DNA from: Nitrosopumilus sp.
Lineage (GTDB): Archaea > Thermoproteota > Nitrososphaeria > Nitrososphaerales > Nitrosopumilaceae
Assembly: GCA_963667665.2 (NCBI GenBank)
Contig: OY763927.2
Coordinates: forward strand, 1,088,001 to 1,152,000
Direction: 5' to 3'
DNA: 64,000 bases
The notes under the pieces are model-generated. The model was not told where the DNA came from. It worked only from the letters and a program-made list of their open reading frames with translations, and did no database searches. Positions 40,892-51,640 of the stretch are shown piece by piece. Numbering within the stretch: the first letter of the stretch is position 1; every line of letters begins with the position of its first letter. The position numbers were made by a program, and so were the translations under genes.

Positions 40892-41571
40892 TATGATTCA
40901 CCTTTTGATTCTAACATTTCTTTCACTTGATCAATCAAATTAGCAATATGTGCTTTCTCATCTACCATTTCAATGGCTTTTTTTGCCTTTAATAATCCCT
41001 CGGGAGACTCACATGAAACCACTACCCATCCATTTTGACCAATTGTAATTGCAGCATTAGTAGCCATCTCTATAGTCTGGATCATTGTTCCTCGTTTTCC
41101 AATTAAGCGTGGAACCTTACTTGGGGAGATTTCAACTAATGCCCCAGAGTCTATTTTACCTAAATCTCTATCAGAAATTGTTACAAGGGGATCTCTTGTT
41201 CTATCAAAATTAGCAATTCTTGCAGCAACAAGATCTCCTGCTTTAAGTTTTGATGTAAGTTCATCAGCATGAGCAGAAAAGTCTCTTCCAAAGACATCTT
41301 GTGCTGGTAAAAAGCCAACATAACATGAATTGATATCTAATTCCCATGACAATGATGTATGAGAAAGGACTTTGCCAATAACAAGATCATTAATTTTTGG
41401 AATATATTTTCCAGTTAAGGAAATCACTCTAACAGAATCATCATAAATTTCAGAAATACCAACAGTTGTAGAAATTATCTTATTTCCATCAAGTATTACA
41501 TTTTGTTCAGGTCTAAAGGGTCCTGAAGTTACTACATCGCCTGGAATAACATATTTTCTCTTATTTTCCAT
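40891..41571 (-). CDS. rrp4: Exosome RNA-binding subunit Rrp4
   Basis: YIP..ND.VIG S1 domain; KVPRLIGKRG KH domain. Confidence 0.95.
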   Translation of the reverse strand: MENKRKYVIPGDVVTSGPFRPEQNVILDGNKIISTTVGISEIYDDSVRVISLTGKYIPKINDLVIGKVLSHTSLSWELDINSCYVGFLPAQDVFGRDFSAHADELTSKLKAGDLVAARIANFDRTRDPLVTISDRDLGKIDSGALVEISPSKVPRLIGKRGTMIQTIEMATNAAITIGQNGWVVVSCESPEGLLKAKKAIEMVDEKAHIANLIDQVKEMLESKGES

Positions 41572-42257
41572 TACTTCATAACCTCAACTGTAGCAGAGCC
41601 TTTGGTTATAGAGCCTAATCTATCTATCACGTTTGGCCTTGCTGCAGCAGGTATTTCAAGTATTGCTTTTAGAGAACCATTATTTTGCCATTCTTCATTT
41701 TTTAAAGTACCTACAGATTTTAGAACAGAATATGATTGAGATGCATATTGTGCAGGGACTATAATTTCTAATTGCAAATTTTCAGATTTTAGGGCAATTA
41801 TGGAACGCAAGTTTTCAACAATATCTTTTACTTGTTCATCTACACTTTTTTGAGGATCGACTGAAACTCTGCCATCTTTCATAGCTTGCTCAATTCTCAA
41901 TGGAGGGTGAGGTAAGTGAGTTTTAGGATCTACGTAGGTCTTGGCAATATATTCAACAATACGTTTTTTCTTTTCATCAATCATTTTTCGTCTTTGATCA
42001 GTTGTAAGATTCAGATCACCTTTCTCAAGTATTATCTGAGCAATTTCAGTCAGGTCTTCAGTTTTGAAGGCCTTTAGTAATTTTTCATTTGTTGGTTTTG
42101 TTCCTTTTCCTGAGTCAGTGTAAATGTCCTCTGAAACCAAAACTGCAGAAATATCCTTTTTCTTGCCTAGTTTGTAATCCAATGCAGGATCAGGCTTTAC
42201 CAAAATCTCAAATTTTTCGCCTTCATAGGAATACCTTGCTACTGTGACATCAACCAT
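41571..42257 (-). CDS. Ribosome assembly factor SBDS
   Basis: GEKFEILV, LTTDQRR and DPKTHLPHPP.RIE motifs. Confidence 0.95.
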   Translation of the reverse strand: MVDVTVARYSYEGEKFEILVKPDPALDYKLGKKKDISAVLVSEDIYTDSGKGTKPTNEKLLKAFKTEDLTEIAQIILEKGDLNLTTDQRRKMIDEKKKRIVEYIAKTYVDPKTHLPHPPLRIEQAMKDGRVSVDPQKSVDEQVKDIVENLRSIIALKSENLQLEIIVPAQYASQSYSVLKSVGTLKNEEWQNNGSLKAILEIPAAARPNVIDRLGSITKGSATVEVMK

Positions 42258-42344
42258 TTCTGAAATTTGTATGGTAATTTGGTATTTATCTATACGTAAA
42301 ACTAGCTAGATTCTTATGGGGACTTTGAAGATTTTCTTCAAGAT

Positions 42345-42983
42345 TTGCCATCCTTAGAAGTAATTAACAAAGATGATCAAAAAATGTCTGTAAAGCTGAA
42401 AGGCGTTCCATTACAATATGCAAATGCACTTAGACGTATTTGTCTAAATGGTGTTCCAATCTTTGCAATAGATACTGTAGATATTATAGAAAATTCATCC
42501 GTACTGCCAGATGAAGGATTGGCACACAGATTAGGACTAATTCCAATAAAAACTGACTTGTCTAGATTTAATGAACCATCTAAATGTGAATGTCAAAGTG
42601 AAACTGGTTGTTCTAACTGTAGAGTAATGTTAGTTTTAGATTCAGGTGATTCAGATGAGACAAGAACTGTTCTATCAAATGAGTTATCCTCTGAAGATGA
42701 TTCAGTAAAACCAATTTCGGATAAAATCGCAATTGTTCAACTAACCCAAGGTCAAAGAATCAAAGTTGAATGTTATGCAAGATTGGGACGTGGTATAGAG
42801 CATGCTAAATGGAACTCTGCAAATATTTCAACTCTTACTGATACAGACAAAAAAGATGAAAGTGTTCTCACTGTAGAATCAACTGGAGCTCTTAGTCCAG
42901 AGCAAATTATTCTTGCGGGTGTAGACGAAGTGAGTAACAAACTAGTTGAATTCAAAGATATGATTAATCAAATCAAAGAGTAA
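42345..42983 (+). CDS. rpoD: DNA-directed RNA polymerase subunit D (Rpo3)
   Basis: ANALRR, NSSVLPDE.LAHRLGLIP and HAKW motifs. Confidence 0.95.
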   Translation: MPSLEVINKDDQKMSVKLKGVPLQYANALRRICLNGVPIFAIDTVDIIENSSVLPDEGLAHRLGLIPIKTDLSRFNEPSKCECQSETGCSNCRVMLVLDSGDSDETRTVLSNELSSEDDSVKPISDKIAIVQLTQGQRIKVECYARLGRGIEHAKWNSANISTLTDTDKKDESVLTVESTGALSPEQIILAGVDEVSNKLVEFKDMINQIKE

Positions 42984-43028
42984 ACTAAGCATACATATTA
43001 TATTTGGGTTTTAAGTGGTTTTATTATC

Positions 43029-43376
43029 ATGACTAATCAAGTAGTAATTCGTATGGCAAGAGATCTAAAAAAAGCATCAGTCAAAAATGATGCTCCAATT
43101 TGGGCAAAACTAGCAGAATATGCATTAAAGCCTTCTATTGCACGAAGAGATATCAACTTGAATAGAATTGCCCAGTTAACAAAAGAAAACGATACAGTAG
43201 TCTTTCCAGGGAAAGTTCTTGGAACAGGTAATGTTTCTCACAAAATCACACTATGTTCATTTTCAATTTCAAATTCTGCTGTTGATAAAATTATTGATAA
43301 TGGTGGAAAACTAATCAGTTTTTCAGATTTGATTAAGCAAAATCCTACTGGAAAAGGAGTGGTTCTACTTGGCTAG
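43029..43376 (+). CDS. rpl18e: 50S ribosomal protein L18e
   Basis: INL.RI, VVFPGKVLGTG and NPTG motifs. Confidence 0.94.
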   Translation: MTNQVVIRMARDLKKASVKNDAPIWAKLAEYALKPSIARRDINLNRIAQLTKENDTVVFPGKVLGTGNVSHKITLCSFSISNSAVDKIIDNGGKLISFSDLIKQNPTGKGVVLLG

Positions 43377-43833
43377 TCAAGAAACAGTTGTCAGAACAGA
43401 CAGACCAATAGTTGTTGATGCAACAGACCATATTGCTGGAAGACTATCATCAAACGTAGCAAAATTACTAATCAAAGGAAACAGAGTTTCAGTTGTAAAT
43501 TGTGAGAAAATCATGATGAGTGGAACAAGAAGTAACCAAATTAAAGAATACAGAGAATTTTTAGAAATTAACAGTATCATCAATCCAAAACACGGACCTG
43601 TCCATTACAGAAGACCAGATACAATTATTGCAAAAATGATTCGTGGAATGTTACCATATGATAGAAAACCATCAGGAAAAGAATCACATCAAAGACTTAG
43701 AACATACATTGGTTCTCCAAAAGAATTAAAATCACTTGAAAAAATTCAATTTGAAAAAGCTAAAATTAGAAAATCTTCATCAAATTATACTACAGTGGGA
43801 GAATTATGCAGAGTAATAGGGTGGACTGAATGA
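43369..43833 (+). CDS. rpl13: 50S ribosomal protein L13 (uL13)
   Basis: VVDA...IAGRLSS.VAK and IRGMLP motifs. Confidence 0.94.
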   Translation: MASQETVVRTDRPIVVDATDHIAGRLSSNVAKLLIKGNRVSVVNCEKIMMSGTRSNQIKEYREFLEINSIINPKHGPVHYRRPDTIIAKMIRGMLPYDRKPSGKESHQRLRTYIGSPKELKSLEKIQFEKAKIRKSSSNYTTVGELCRVIGWTE

Positions 43834-44279
43834 CAACTCCAAAAACTGAAATTTATTTTGCAACTAGAAAAACAGCTAGTGCACATGTTTACATTACAAA
43901 AGGAAAAGGTAAAGTTAGAATTAACAATGTTCCAGTTGAAATGATCCCACAAGAAACTGCACGTGAAGTAATGTTAGTACCATTAGAAATCACAGGTGAC
44001 TTGAGAGATAAAATAGATATTTCTGTTAGAGTAAGCGGAGGAGGTTTCATGGGACAAGCAAGTGCTGTTGCAACTGCAATCTCAAGAGCACTTATAGGAT
44101 GGACAAAATCTAAAAAAGAACCTAAAGAGCATCCATTCCCAAAATCCACAAGAGAGGACCTAAGAAAAAGAATCACAGATTTCGATAAATTTCTAGTAAG
44201 TGGAGATGCCAGAAGAAAAGAACCAAAGAAATTTGGCGGACCTGGTGCCAGAAGAAGAAAACAGAAATCATACCGTTAG
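43830..44279 (+). CDS. rps9: 30S ribosomal protein S9 (uS9)
   Basis: GGGFMGQA motif; KKFGGPGARRRKQKSYR C-terminus. Confidence 0.95.
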   Translation: MTTPKTEIYFATRKTASAHVYITKGKGKVRINNVPVEMIPQETAREVMLVPLEITGDLRDKIDISVRVSGGGFMGQASAVATAISRALIGWTKSKKEPKEHPFPKSTREDLRKRITDFDKFLVSGDARRKEPKKFGGPGARRRKQKSYR

Positions 44280-44282
44280 ACT

Positions 44283-45002
44283 GTGAAGGCTGTAATTTTA
44301 GCAGGCGGCAAAGGAACTAGAGGTAAGCCATACACTGAATATTTTCCAAAAGCAATGACTCCCATTAATGGTAAGCCATTAATTGATTATATTGTAAAAT
44401 ACCTAAAATCATTCAGTTTTGTAAAAGAGATTATCATTGTTTCAGATTTTAATGGATTAGGAGGACAAATCAAAAACTATTATGGAAATCAAAAAAATAT
44501 CACATTTGTTCAAGATTCACAAAGTGGTACAGGTGGAGATCTTTTACATATTGAAAAAAAACTCAAAGGTGAATCAGAATTTTTGTTATGGTTTGTAGAT
44601 AACTTGTGTTCAATAGATCTAAAAAAGATGAAAGAGTTTTTCAGAGAGAAAAATAGTTCTGCATGTATTGCAACAAGAACAAAAAGAAAAGAAGAAACAG
44701 GATTTGCTATTGTAGAGAACGGAATAATAAAAGAATTCAAAGAAAAACCAGTTATGAAATTACAGTTATCAGAATGTTTAGGAATCTATATGCTTGGAAA
44801 AGACATCATTAAACGAATCAAGGCAAAACAAAAACAAAACAAGATTAATCTGTCATACGATATTTTACAACAATTATCAAAAGAAGGAAAAATTAGTGCT
44901 TATGACATTGGAAACAAAGAATGGTTAGATGTAGAATCACCCATGATTTTAGAAAGAAATGAAAAAATGGTAAAGAAGATCATAAAACAGATGGGACTTT
45001 AG
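44283..45002 (+). CDS. Sugar-phosphate nucleotidyltransferase family protein
   Basis: ILAGGKGTR...PKAM, GTGG and FKEKP motifs. Confidence 0.88.
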   Translation: MKAVILAGGKGTRGKPYTEYFPKAMTPINGKPLIDYIVKYLKSFSFVKEIIIVSDFNGLGGQIKNYYGNQKNITFVQDSQSGTGGDLLHIEKKLKGESEFLLWFVDNLCSIDLKKMKEFFREKNSSACIATRTKRKEETGFAIVENGIIKEFKEKPVMKLQLSECLGIYMLGKDIIKRIKAKQKQNKINLSYDILQQLSKEGKISAYDIGNKEWLDVESPMILERNEKMVKKIIKQMGL

Positions 45003-45564
45003 ACTCTTTTTCAAATTCAGATATTTTATCTTCAAATTGTAAAGTTTGTGAAATATCATCTAAACCATCTAAGAGAATTTTTTTCTTGTAAGAGTCTATT
45101 TCAAAAGATATCTCTTCAGATGAAGTTTTGATGATTTGTTTTTCTAGGTCAACTTCGATTGTGTCTAGTTCTAGTTGTAGTTTTTCAACTGTTTTTTGAT
45201 TTAATGAAATTGGTAAAAGCCCATTTTTGAAGCAGTTGCTAAAGAAAATATCTGCAAAAGAAGGTGCGATAATTACAGAAAAACCATAGTCTTGAAGGGC
45301 CCAAACTGCATGTTCTCGACTAGAACCACACCCAAAATTGTCCCCAGTTACCATAATTTCAGAATTATCATATTTTGAATCATTTAATACAAAATCAGAT
45401 TTTAAATTCTCGTTTTCATCATAACGCCAATTATAAAACAAAAATTTTCCAAATCCTGACTTGTGAATCAATTTTAAAAATTGTTTTGGAACAATTTGAT
45501 CAGTATCCACATTAATCTTATCAAGTGGAGTGATGATACTCTTTATTTTTTTGAAGGATTCCAT
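44980..45564 (-). CDS. leuD: 3-isopropylmalate dehydratase small subunit (bacterial type)
   Basis: [27 protein letters not shown] and FADIF..N..KNG motifs. Confidence 0.93.
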   Translation of the reverse strand: MESFKKIKSIITPLDKINVDTDQIVPKQFLKLIHKSGFGKFLFYNWRYDENENLKSDFVLNDSKYDNSEIMVTGDNFGCGSSREHAVWALQDYGFSVIIAPSFADIFFSNCFKNGLLPISLNQKTVEKLQLELDTIEVDLEKQIIKTSSEEISFEIDSYKKKILLDGLDDISQTLQFEDKISEFEKESKVPSVL

Positions 45565-45565
45565 T

Positions 45566-46981
45566 TTAACTCAAATCCATCTCGCGTACATCTACAAAGT
45601 GTCCTTCAATTGCAGCAGCTGCTGCCATTACAGGACTGACTAAATGAGTTCTTCCACCAGTTCCCTGTCTGCCTTCAAAATTCCTGTTTGATGTGCTTGC
45701 ACATCTTTCACCAGGAGACAAGATATCAGGGTTCATTCCAAGACACATGCTACATCCAGCTTCTCGCCATTCAAAATTAGCATCAATGAAAATTTTATCA
45801 AGACCCATTTCTTCAGCTTGTTTTTTTACCATCTGAGAACCTGGTACAACCATTGCTCGAACATTTGTAGAAATTTTTTGTCCTTTGACTACTTTAGATG
45901 CTTCAATGAGATCTTCTAGTCTTGCATTTGTACATGAACCGATAAATACTCTATCAATTTTGATGTCTGTGATTGGAATTCCTGGTTTAAGATCCATATA
46001 ATCAAGGGCTTTTTCAGCACCTTTCTTTTGATTAGCATCACCTTTGGAAAATTCATCAGGAGATGGAATTGATTCAGTTACGTCACATGTCATTCCAGGA
46101 TTTGTACCCCAACTAACTTGAGGTGCAATATCATTGATATTCAAAGTGAATTGTTTTTCAAATTTTGCATCACTATCTGTTTTTAGATGTTCTTTCCAAT
46201 TATCAACAAGTGATTCATAGTTTTTTGGGGTATATTCTCTACCTCTAAGATAATCAAAAGCCTTCTCATCAGGTGCAATAAGACCTGCACGTGCTCCAGC
46301 TTCAATTGACATATTACAAATAGTCATTCTTTGCTCCATAGAGAGATCAGTAATGCCTTGACCACAATATTCGATAACAGTGCCATTACCACCACTGGTT
46401 CCAATATTTTTGATAATTGATAATACAATATCCTTAGCAGTTACTGCATGGGGGTTCTTTCTTTTTCCTTCAACTCTAATTTCAAATGGTTTTGGTTTTT
46501 CTAACCATAAAGTTTGAGATGTCAAAACATGTTCAACTTCACTTGTTCCGATTCCAAAAGCTAGTGTTCCAAAAGCCCCATGAGTTGAAGTATGACTATC
46601 GCCACAAACAATTGTAGAACCAGGTATGGTAATTCCCAATTGAGGTCCAATTACATGAACAATTCCTTGGTTAGGACTGTTTATATCAAATAACTTGATT
46701 CCAAAATCTTTACAGTTTTTTTCCAAAGTTTGAATTTGAACAGCTGAAGTTTGATCCAATATTGGAAGAGACCTATCATTTGTTGAAACATTATGATCCA
46801 TTGTAGCAATAGTAAGATCAGGTCTTCTAACTTTTCTTTTATTCATCCGTAATCCATCAAAGGCTTGAGGAGATGTTACTTCATGTACAAGATGTCTATC
46901 AATATAGATTAGAGAAGGACCATTTTGTTTTTCAACAACTATATGAGACTTCCATATTTTTTCAAAAAGAGTTGTTCCCAT
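45566..46981 (-). CDS. leuC: 3-isopropylmalate dehydratase large subunit (bacterial type)
   Basis: [33 protein letters not shown] and [11 protein letters not shown] motifs. Confidence 0.93.
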   Translation of the reverse strand: MGTTLFEKIWKSHIVVEKQNGPSLIYIDRHLVHEVTSPQAFDGLRMNKRKVRRPDLTIATMDHNVSTNDRSLPILDQTSAVQIQTLEKNCKDFGIKLFDINSPNQGIVHVIGPQLGITIPGSTIVCGDSHTSTHGAFGTLAFGIGTSEVEHVLTSQTLWLEKPKPFEIRVEGKRKNPHAVTAKDIVLSIIKNIGTSGGNGTVIEYCGQGITDLSMEQRMTICNMSIEAGARAGLIAPDEKAFDYLRGREYTPKNYESLVDNWKEHLKTDSDAKFEKQFTLNINDIAPQVSWGTNPGMTCDVTESIPSPDEFSKGDANQKKGAEKALDYMDLKPGIPITDIKIDRVFIGSCTNARLEDLIEASKVVKGQKISTNVRAMVVPGSQMVKKQAEEMGLDKIFIDANFEWREAGCSMCLGMNPDILSPGERCASTSNRNFEGRQGTGGRTHLVSPVMAAAAAIEGHFVDVREMDLS

Positions 46982-46988
46982 TTCAATC

Positions 46989-47474
46989 CTAGTCTGGTTT
47001 ATACTTGAAAAGACCACCTGCAGTAATTATTTTTCCAATAATTTCTGAAAACGGTTTCATTTTGTATGTTTGATTTTTAGTGATGTTTTTAATTTCATTA
47101 GCTGAAATATCAATATTAATTTCATCACCTTCGGAAATTCCATCATATGCATCTTTATCAATTTCAATTGGTAACAAAAATGCACCATCAACTGCGTTTC
47201 GATAAAAAATTCTTGCAAAAGATAATGCAAGTACAGCCTTTATTCCTGAATGAGACAAAGCGATAGGGGCATGTTCACGAGATGAACCACATCCAAAATT
47301 TTTGCCAGACAATATGAAATCACCTTCTTTTACCTTAGAATGAAAATCAGGATCTAATCCCTCCATAGCATGAGTGGCAAGCTCAGCATAATCATGTACT
47401 TTTAGATATTCACCAGGAATAATTACGTCAGTATCAATATTGTCTTGTGCGTATTTTATGATATTTCCTTTCAT
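46989..47474 (-). CDS. Archaeal-type isopropylmalate/homoaconitate isomerase small subunit
   Basis: [23 protein letters not shown] and [10 protein letters not shown] motifs. Confidence 0.9.
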   Translation of the reverse strand: MKGNIIKYAQDNIDTDVIIPGEYLKVHDYAELATHAMEGLDPDFHSKVKEGDFILSGKNFGCGSSREHAPIALSHSGIKAVLALSFARIFYRNAVDGAFLLPIEIDKDAYDGISEGDEINIDISANEIKNITKNQTYKMKPFSEIIGKIITAGGLFKYKPD

Positions 47475-48742
47475 TTCAAATCCCTTGGATCAGTGATTTT
47501 TCCAGTAACTGCTGAGGCTGCAGCTACTAAAGGAGATGAAAGATATGTTTGCGATTCAATATGGCCCATTCTTCCTGGGAAGTTTCGGTTTGTAGTACTG
47601 ATACAGATTTCATCTTTTGCCAAGACGCCCATATGAGCACCACAACAGGCTCCACAAGTTGGAGGTCCAACTGTTACGCCTGCATCTAAGAAAATTTTCA
47701 ATAATCCATTTTCCATAGCACGTTGGTAAATTGAAATTGCTGCAGGTAAAATTTCAGTTCTAATCTTTACTTTTCTACCTTTAAGAATTCTTGCTACAGC
47801 TTCCAAATCTTCGTATTTTGCACCAGTGCAAGAACCGATGTATGATTTATCTAATTCAACAGATGGTGCTTCTCTTACAACTGAAATATTTGCAGGAGAA
47901 AATGGTTTTGCAACAACAGGTTCCATCTCTGAACTTTCATATTCAAATACTTTGGCATATTCTGCATCATCATCACCATTTACCAAATTAACATTTTTAG
48001 CACCTCTACTAGTAAGATAATCAATTACTTTTTGATCTGGTTCTACAATTCCATTCTTTGCACCTGCTTCAGTAGTCATATTACATAATGTTAGTCTGCT
48101 TTCTACAGACATTTCATCGACTCCACTTCCACCAAACTGCATGGTTCTATATGCACCACCATCAGTTCCAATATCCCCAATTATTTTTAGAATCAAATCT
48201 TTGGCCATGACATGATCTGGTAATTTTCCATTTATCTTAAAGTAATAAGTTTCTGGAACCTTAAACCAAATATTCCCATTCAATAAAACATAAGCAATAT
48301 CGGTATGTCCTAATCCACAAGCAAATGCACCTAAAGCACCAGTTGTATTAGTATGAGAATCTCCACCAACATAAACATCACCTGGCATTACTAATGCTTC
48401 TTCATGAGATAGAGTATGGCAAATACCATATTGTCCCATACCATATTTGAAGTGTTTTTCAATTCCATATTTTTTTGTAAAGTTTGATAATTTTACAATG
48501 TTCTCTGCTGAAACTTTGTCTGCTGAAGGAACAAAGTGATCTTCAGCTACCCAAACTTTGGATGGATCCCATAATTTATCAACTGAAATTCCTTGATTCT
48601 TTAGTTTGTCAAATACTTTGATTACGCCTGGCCCTGAGACATCATGGAGCATCACCTTATCGACATCAGCAAAAATAACATCATCAGGGGAAACTGAAGA
48701 TTTTCCAGATGCGCGTGCAAGAATCTTTTCAACAATATTCAT
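47471..48742 (-). CDS. Archaeal-type isopropylmalate/homoaconitate isomerase large subunit
   Basis: GICH, DSHT, GSCT, CGACCG and TNRNFPGRMG motifs. Confidence 0.9.
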   Translation of the reverse strand: MNIVEKILARASGKSSVSPDDVIFADVDKVMLHDVSGPGVIKVFDKLKNQGISVDKLWDPSKVWVAEDHFVPSADKVSAENIVKLSNFTKKYGIEKHFKYGMGQYGICHTLSHEEALVMPGDVYVGGDSHTNTTGALGAFACGLGHTDIAYVLLNGNIWFKVPETYYFKINGKLPDHVMAKDLILKIIGDIGTDGGAYRTMQFGGSGVDEMSVESRLTLCNMTTEAGAKNGIVEPDQKVIDYLTSRGAKNVNLVNGDDDAEYAKVFEYESSEMEPVVAKPFSPANISVVREAPSVELDKSYIGSCTGAKYEDLEAVARILKGRKVKIRTEILPAAISIYQRAMENGLLKIFLDAGVTVGPPTCGACCGAHMGVLAKDEICISTTNRNFPGRMGHIESQTYLSSPLVAAASAVTGKITDPRDLK

Positions 48743-48814
48743 AAACAAAAAAGCTTGTTCTACAGATTAAAAGCTTTTCAGAACAATAAAAAAGAAAAGA
48801 GTGCTCAGAATATT

Positions 48815-49591
48815 GTGCAACTAACAGTTTTACCACTATTAGCAAAGAGGATGGTAGGAAAATTTGATGTTTTTGAGGTCTTATTAGAAACATTAGGAAA
48901 AAATAATACAAAATTGCAAGAAGGAGATGTTTTAGTAATTTCAACAAAATATATCTCAAATTCACAAGGAAGGATTATCGAACTAGAAAAAATCAGAACA
49001 TCAAATGAAGGTACAGAAATTTCAAAAAAGTTCCAGTTAAAACCTGAAATTGCCGAAATCATCATCAGAGAATCTGATACAATTTTTGGCGGTATCGGAG
49101 GATTTGTAATTACATCGTCAGATAACATAATGGCACCAAATGCAGGAATTGACAAATCTAATGTAAAAAAAGGGAAAGTCGTCCTATATCCTACAAAGCC
49201 ATATCTTATTGCAGAACAAATTCGTAGAAAAATTTTCTTAAAATTATTCATTCATGTTGGAATAATCTTAGTAGATAGTAGGTTAATGCCAGCAAGAATT
49301 GGAACATCAGGAGTTGCAGTTGCATGTGCGGGAATTGAACCAGTTTTAGATATGAGAGCAAAAAAAGATCTTGACGGTAATTCATTAAAAGTAACATTTC
49401 AGGCAGTAGTTGATAATCTCGCAACAATTGCAAATCACAAGATGGGAGAAGGTGCAGAGTCAAAACCATTTGCCATAGTTAGGAATTCAGGTGCAAAACT
49501 TACTGATAGAAAAATCAATTCTTCAGAAATGGCAATATCCCCAGATCAATGTGTATACGTAAGAGGATTATCAAATCCTGCAAAGAATTAG
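48815..49591 (+). CDS. cofE: Coenzyme F420-0:L-glutamate ligase
   Basis: GDVLVISTK.IS..QGR, PNAGIDKSN, DS..R.G and MGEGAE..P motifs; likely GTG start at 48815. Confidence 0.9.
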   Translation: MQLTVLPLLAKRMVGKFDVFEVLLETLGKNNTKLQEGDVLVISTKYISNSQGRIIELEKIRTSNEGTEISKKFQLKPEIAEIIIRESDTIFGGIGGFVITSSDNIMAPNAGIDKSNVKKGKVVLYPTKPYLIAEQIRRKIFLKLFIHVGIILVDSRLMPARIGTSGVAVACAGIEPVLDMRAKKDLDGNSLKVTFQAVVDNLATIANHKMGEGAESKPFAIVRNSGAKLTDRKINSSEMAISPDQCVYVRGLSNPAKN

Positions 49592-49640
49592 TGATCTAGT
49601 TAGTTCGACTTTAAATATAGGATTTGAGTGGAACAAAATT

Positions 49641-50195
49641 GTGGAATACCTTACAAAATATCCTAAGACAATTTCATTTTTTGATGGATTAAAACATAAG
49701 ATTAATGTCGATAGTAAGGATGGAGTTGAACAACTTCACATTGTTGTAAAAAAGAGTTTTGAAGAATTAATGAAAATTTTTGCAGAAGAAGGATTTACTA
49801 AAGTAAAATTTGAACATAAACAACCAGAACAAATTGGAAGTGGGATTAATCTAAAATTAAAAAAACCATGGGAGATGCACATTAGAATGGTTGATCTCAA
49901 AAAAGGATTAATTGGAATTCATGCTGAAGTAGAGGTTTCAAGAGACTATCTTCAACATCTTTTCTCTCAAAGAACTCCAGTTGTTTATGAAGTAGAAGAG
50001 ATTCTAAAAAAATATCAAGTAGAGTATAGTTTTTGGCATAATAAAATCAAGAAAAGTGTTCATTCAATTGTAGATAATTACAAAGTCAAACTTGCAACAC
50101 CAGGAATTCCAGTAATTGCATGGAAGCCAATGTTATTTGTGATTGTAACAATTGTTGCTATGTATGGTTGGAAATTTTTTGATACAATCTGGTAG
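49641..50195 (+). CDS. Hypothetical protein with a C-terminal TM segment
   Basis: 184-aa ORF; PWEMHIR and EVEVSRDYLQHL. Confidence 0.75.
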   Translation: MEYLTKYPKTISFFDGLKHKINVDSKDGVEQLHIVVKKSFEELMKIFAEEGFTKVKFEHKQPEQIGSGINLKLKKPWEMHIRMVDLKKGLIGIHAEVEVSRDYLQHLFSQRTPVVYEVEEILKKYQVEYSFWHNKIKKSVHSIVDNYKVKLATPGIPVIAWKPMLFVIVTIVAMYGWKFFDTIW

Positions 50196-50196
50196 T

Positions 50197-50526
50197 TTAA
50201 ACACCCAGAGTTTCAGCTTTGGTTAATTCTAAAAATACCTTATCTCCAACTGAAAGACCCATGTCTTTGTATTCATGCATTTCAAGTTTTAATTGAGTAG
50301 TACCTCCTTGCATTCCCATACCTCCCGTGCCACCAGCAAACATCTTGTTTAGATCTTTCATCATATCATTCATGTTTGTAAATCCCATGACCTTTGGGCT
50401 ACCAAAAGGAGTTTGTGGATTTTGAGCTCCTTCTTTAAGATCTTTAATTGATGATAATGAGACTATAACATATGGTGCCCCATCAGGTGCTGCATCAATG
50501 CTTTTTACTACAAATTCTTTCTTCAT
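50197..50526 (-). CDS. Hypothetical protein with a Gly/Met-rich loop
   Basis: 109-aa ORF; C-terminal EYK.MGL.VGD.V barrel-like motif. Confidence 0.75.
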   Translation of the reverse strand: MKKEFVVKSIDAAPDGAPYVIVSLSSIKDLKEGAQNPQTPFGSPKVMGFTNMNDMMKDLNKMFAGGTGGMGMQGGTTQLKLEMHEYKDMGLSVGDKVFLELTKAETLGV

Positions 50527-50631
50527 ATCTGAAATTACTAACTCACTCCATATAATTTTAATTTTAAGATGAATTTAGCCTAATATCACCAGGTTTGAAG
50601 CTTTAATTACAATTTTTAGGATTTTAAATTA

Positions 50632-51165
50632 TTGCCAGAAAGTTTGAAGACCACATTACAGTATTATGGAATTTCACCCTGGGAAATTGAAGTCATATAT
50701 GGATTTCTAAATTCTCATTTTACAGTAATCCAAGACGAAATTGAACCGAATGATGATAATTTTGTGAGTTTTTTAGACATGGAAATTCCTCTTCCATTTA
50801 ATGAGGCATTTTTTCAATGGTTTAATTTCAGACGTTGGGAAAAAGTCAAAGCAATTTTCAAAGAGATGAAACGAAGAAGAGGTAGTGGAAACGCTTTAAA
50901 AATTAAAATCAATTTTTTGGGAAACCCAAAAATTAGTTTTGTTATTGATACTGCAGACAGACATGTATTCAACAATGCTGTGGAAAAAATTGATTTTGTT
51001 TTAGAATTATTATCATATCATTTAGATCCTAAAAAATTACCCTCAGAAATTTCAGAAATTGTGTACAAGTTTGATTCAGAAGCAATTAGATGGCGTCCCA
51101 ACATAGTATCATCTGAAAATAAGAAATATACTTTCAAGGATGATTCATGGGTAAAAATTACGTGA
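50632..51165 (+). CDS. Hypothetical protein
   Basis: 177-aa ORF. Confidence 0.75.
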   Translation: MPESLKTTLQYYGISPWEIEVIYGFLNSHFTVIQDEIEPNDDNFVSFLDMEIPLPFNEAFFQWFNFRRWEKVKAIFKEMKRRRGSGNALKIKINFLGNPKISFVIDTADRHVFNNAVEKIDFVLELLSYHLDPKKLPSEISEIVYKFDSEAIRWRPNIVSSENKKYTFKDDSWVKIT

Positions 51166-51592
51166 GATCTTTCTGTAACGGCTCTAATAATTTGTGAAGT
51201 TCTTTGTATTTTGATTCTAGGAATTTTAAAGCATTATCTAATTTCTTGGATTTTCCATACTTGTAACGAATTAGTTCACGATGATGCCAAAATATTTTAC
51301 CATCATCAACTGAGAGAGTTGTAAAATAATCGGTTCCTATCAAAGTATCAGGAAGTTTTACATCATAAGGAAATAATATCTCTACAATAAACCATTCATC
51401 TCCATCAGGATAATCAGAACCAGTCTCTACATCAAAAAATAGATGAAGTAAATCAGACTGCATTAGACCAGTATCATTTATGGATGGATGTTTTACTGAT
51501 GATTTTTTAAAATCTAGATTAACTAGTTGTGGTTCAAAGAAACCTTTGATAATTGATTTTCTAAATATCTTATTTGCCTCTTGAATGTTCAA
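51158..51592 (-). CDS. Hypothetical protein
   Basis: 144-aa ORF. Confidence 0.75.
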   Translation of the reverse strand: MNIQEANKIFRKSIIKGFFEPQLVNLDFKKSSVKHPSINDTGLMQSDLLHLFFDVETGSDYPDGDEWFIVEILFPYDVKLPDTLIGTDYFTTLSVDDGKIFWHHRELIRYKYGKSKKLDNALKFLESKYKELHKLLEPLQKDLT

Positions 51593-51640
51593 TAGTAAAA
51601 TTATCTACAAACTAGTCTATAACTTGTTAGGTACCTTGCT

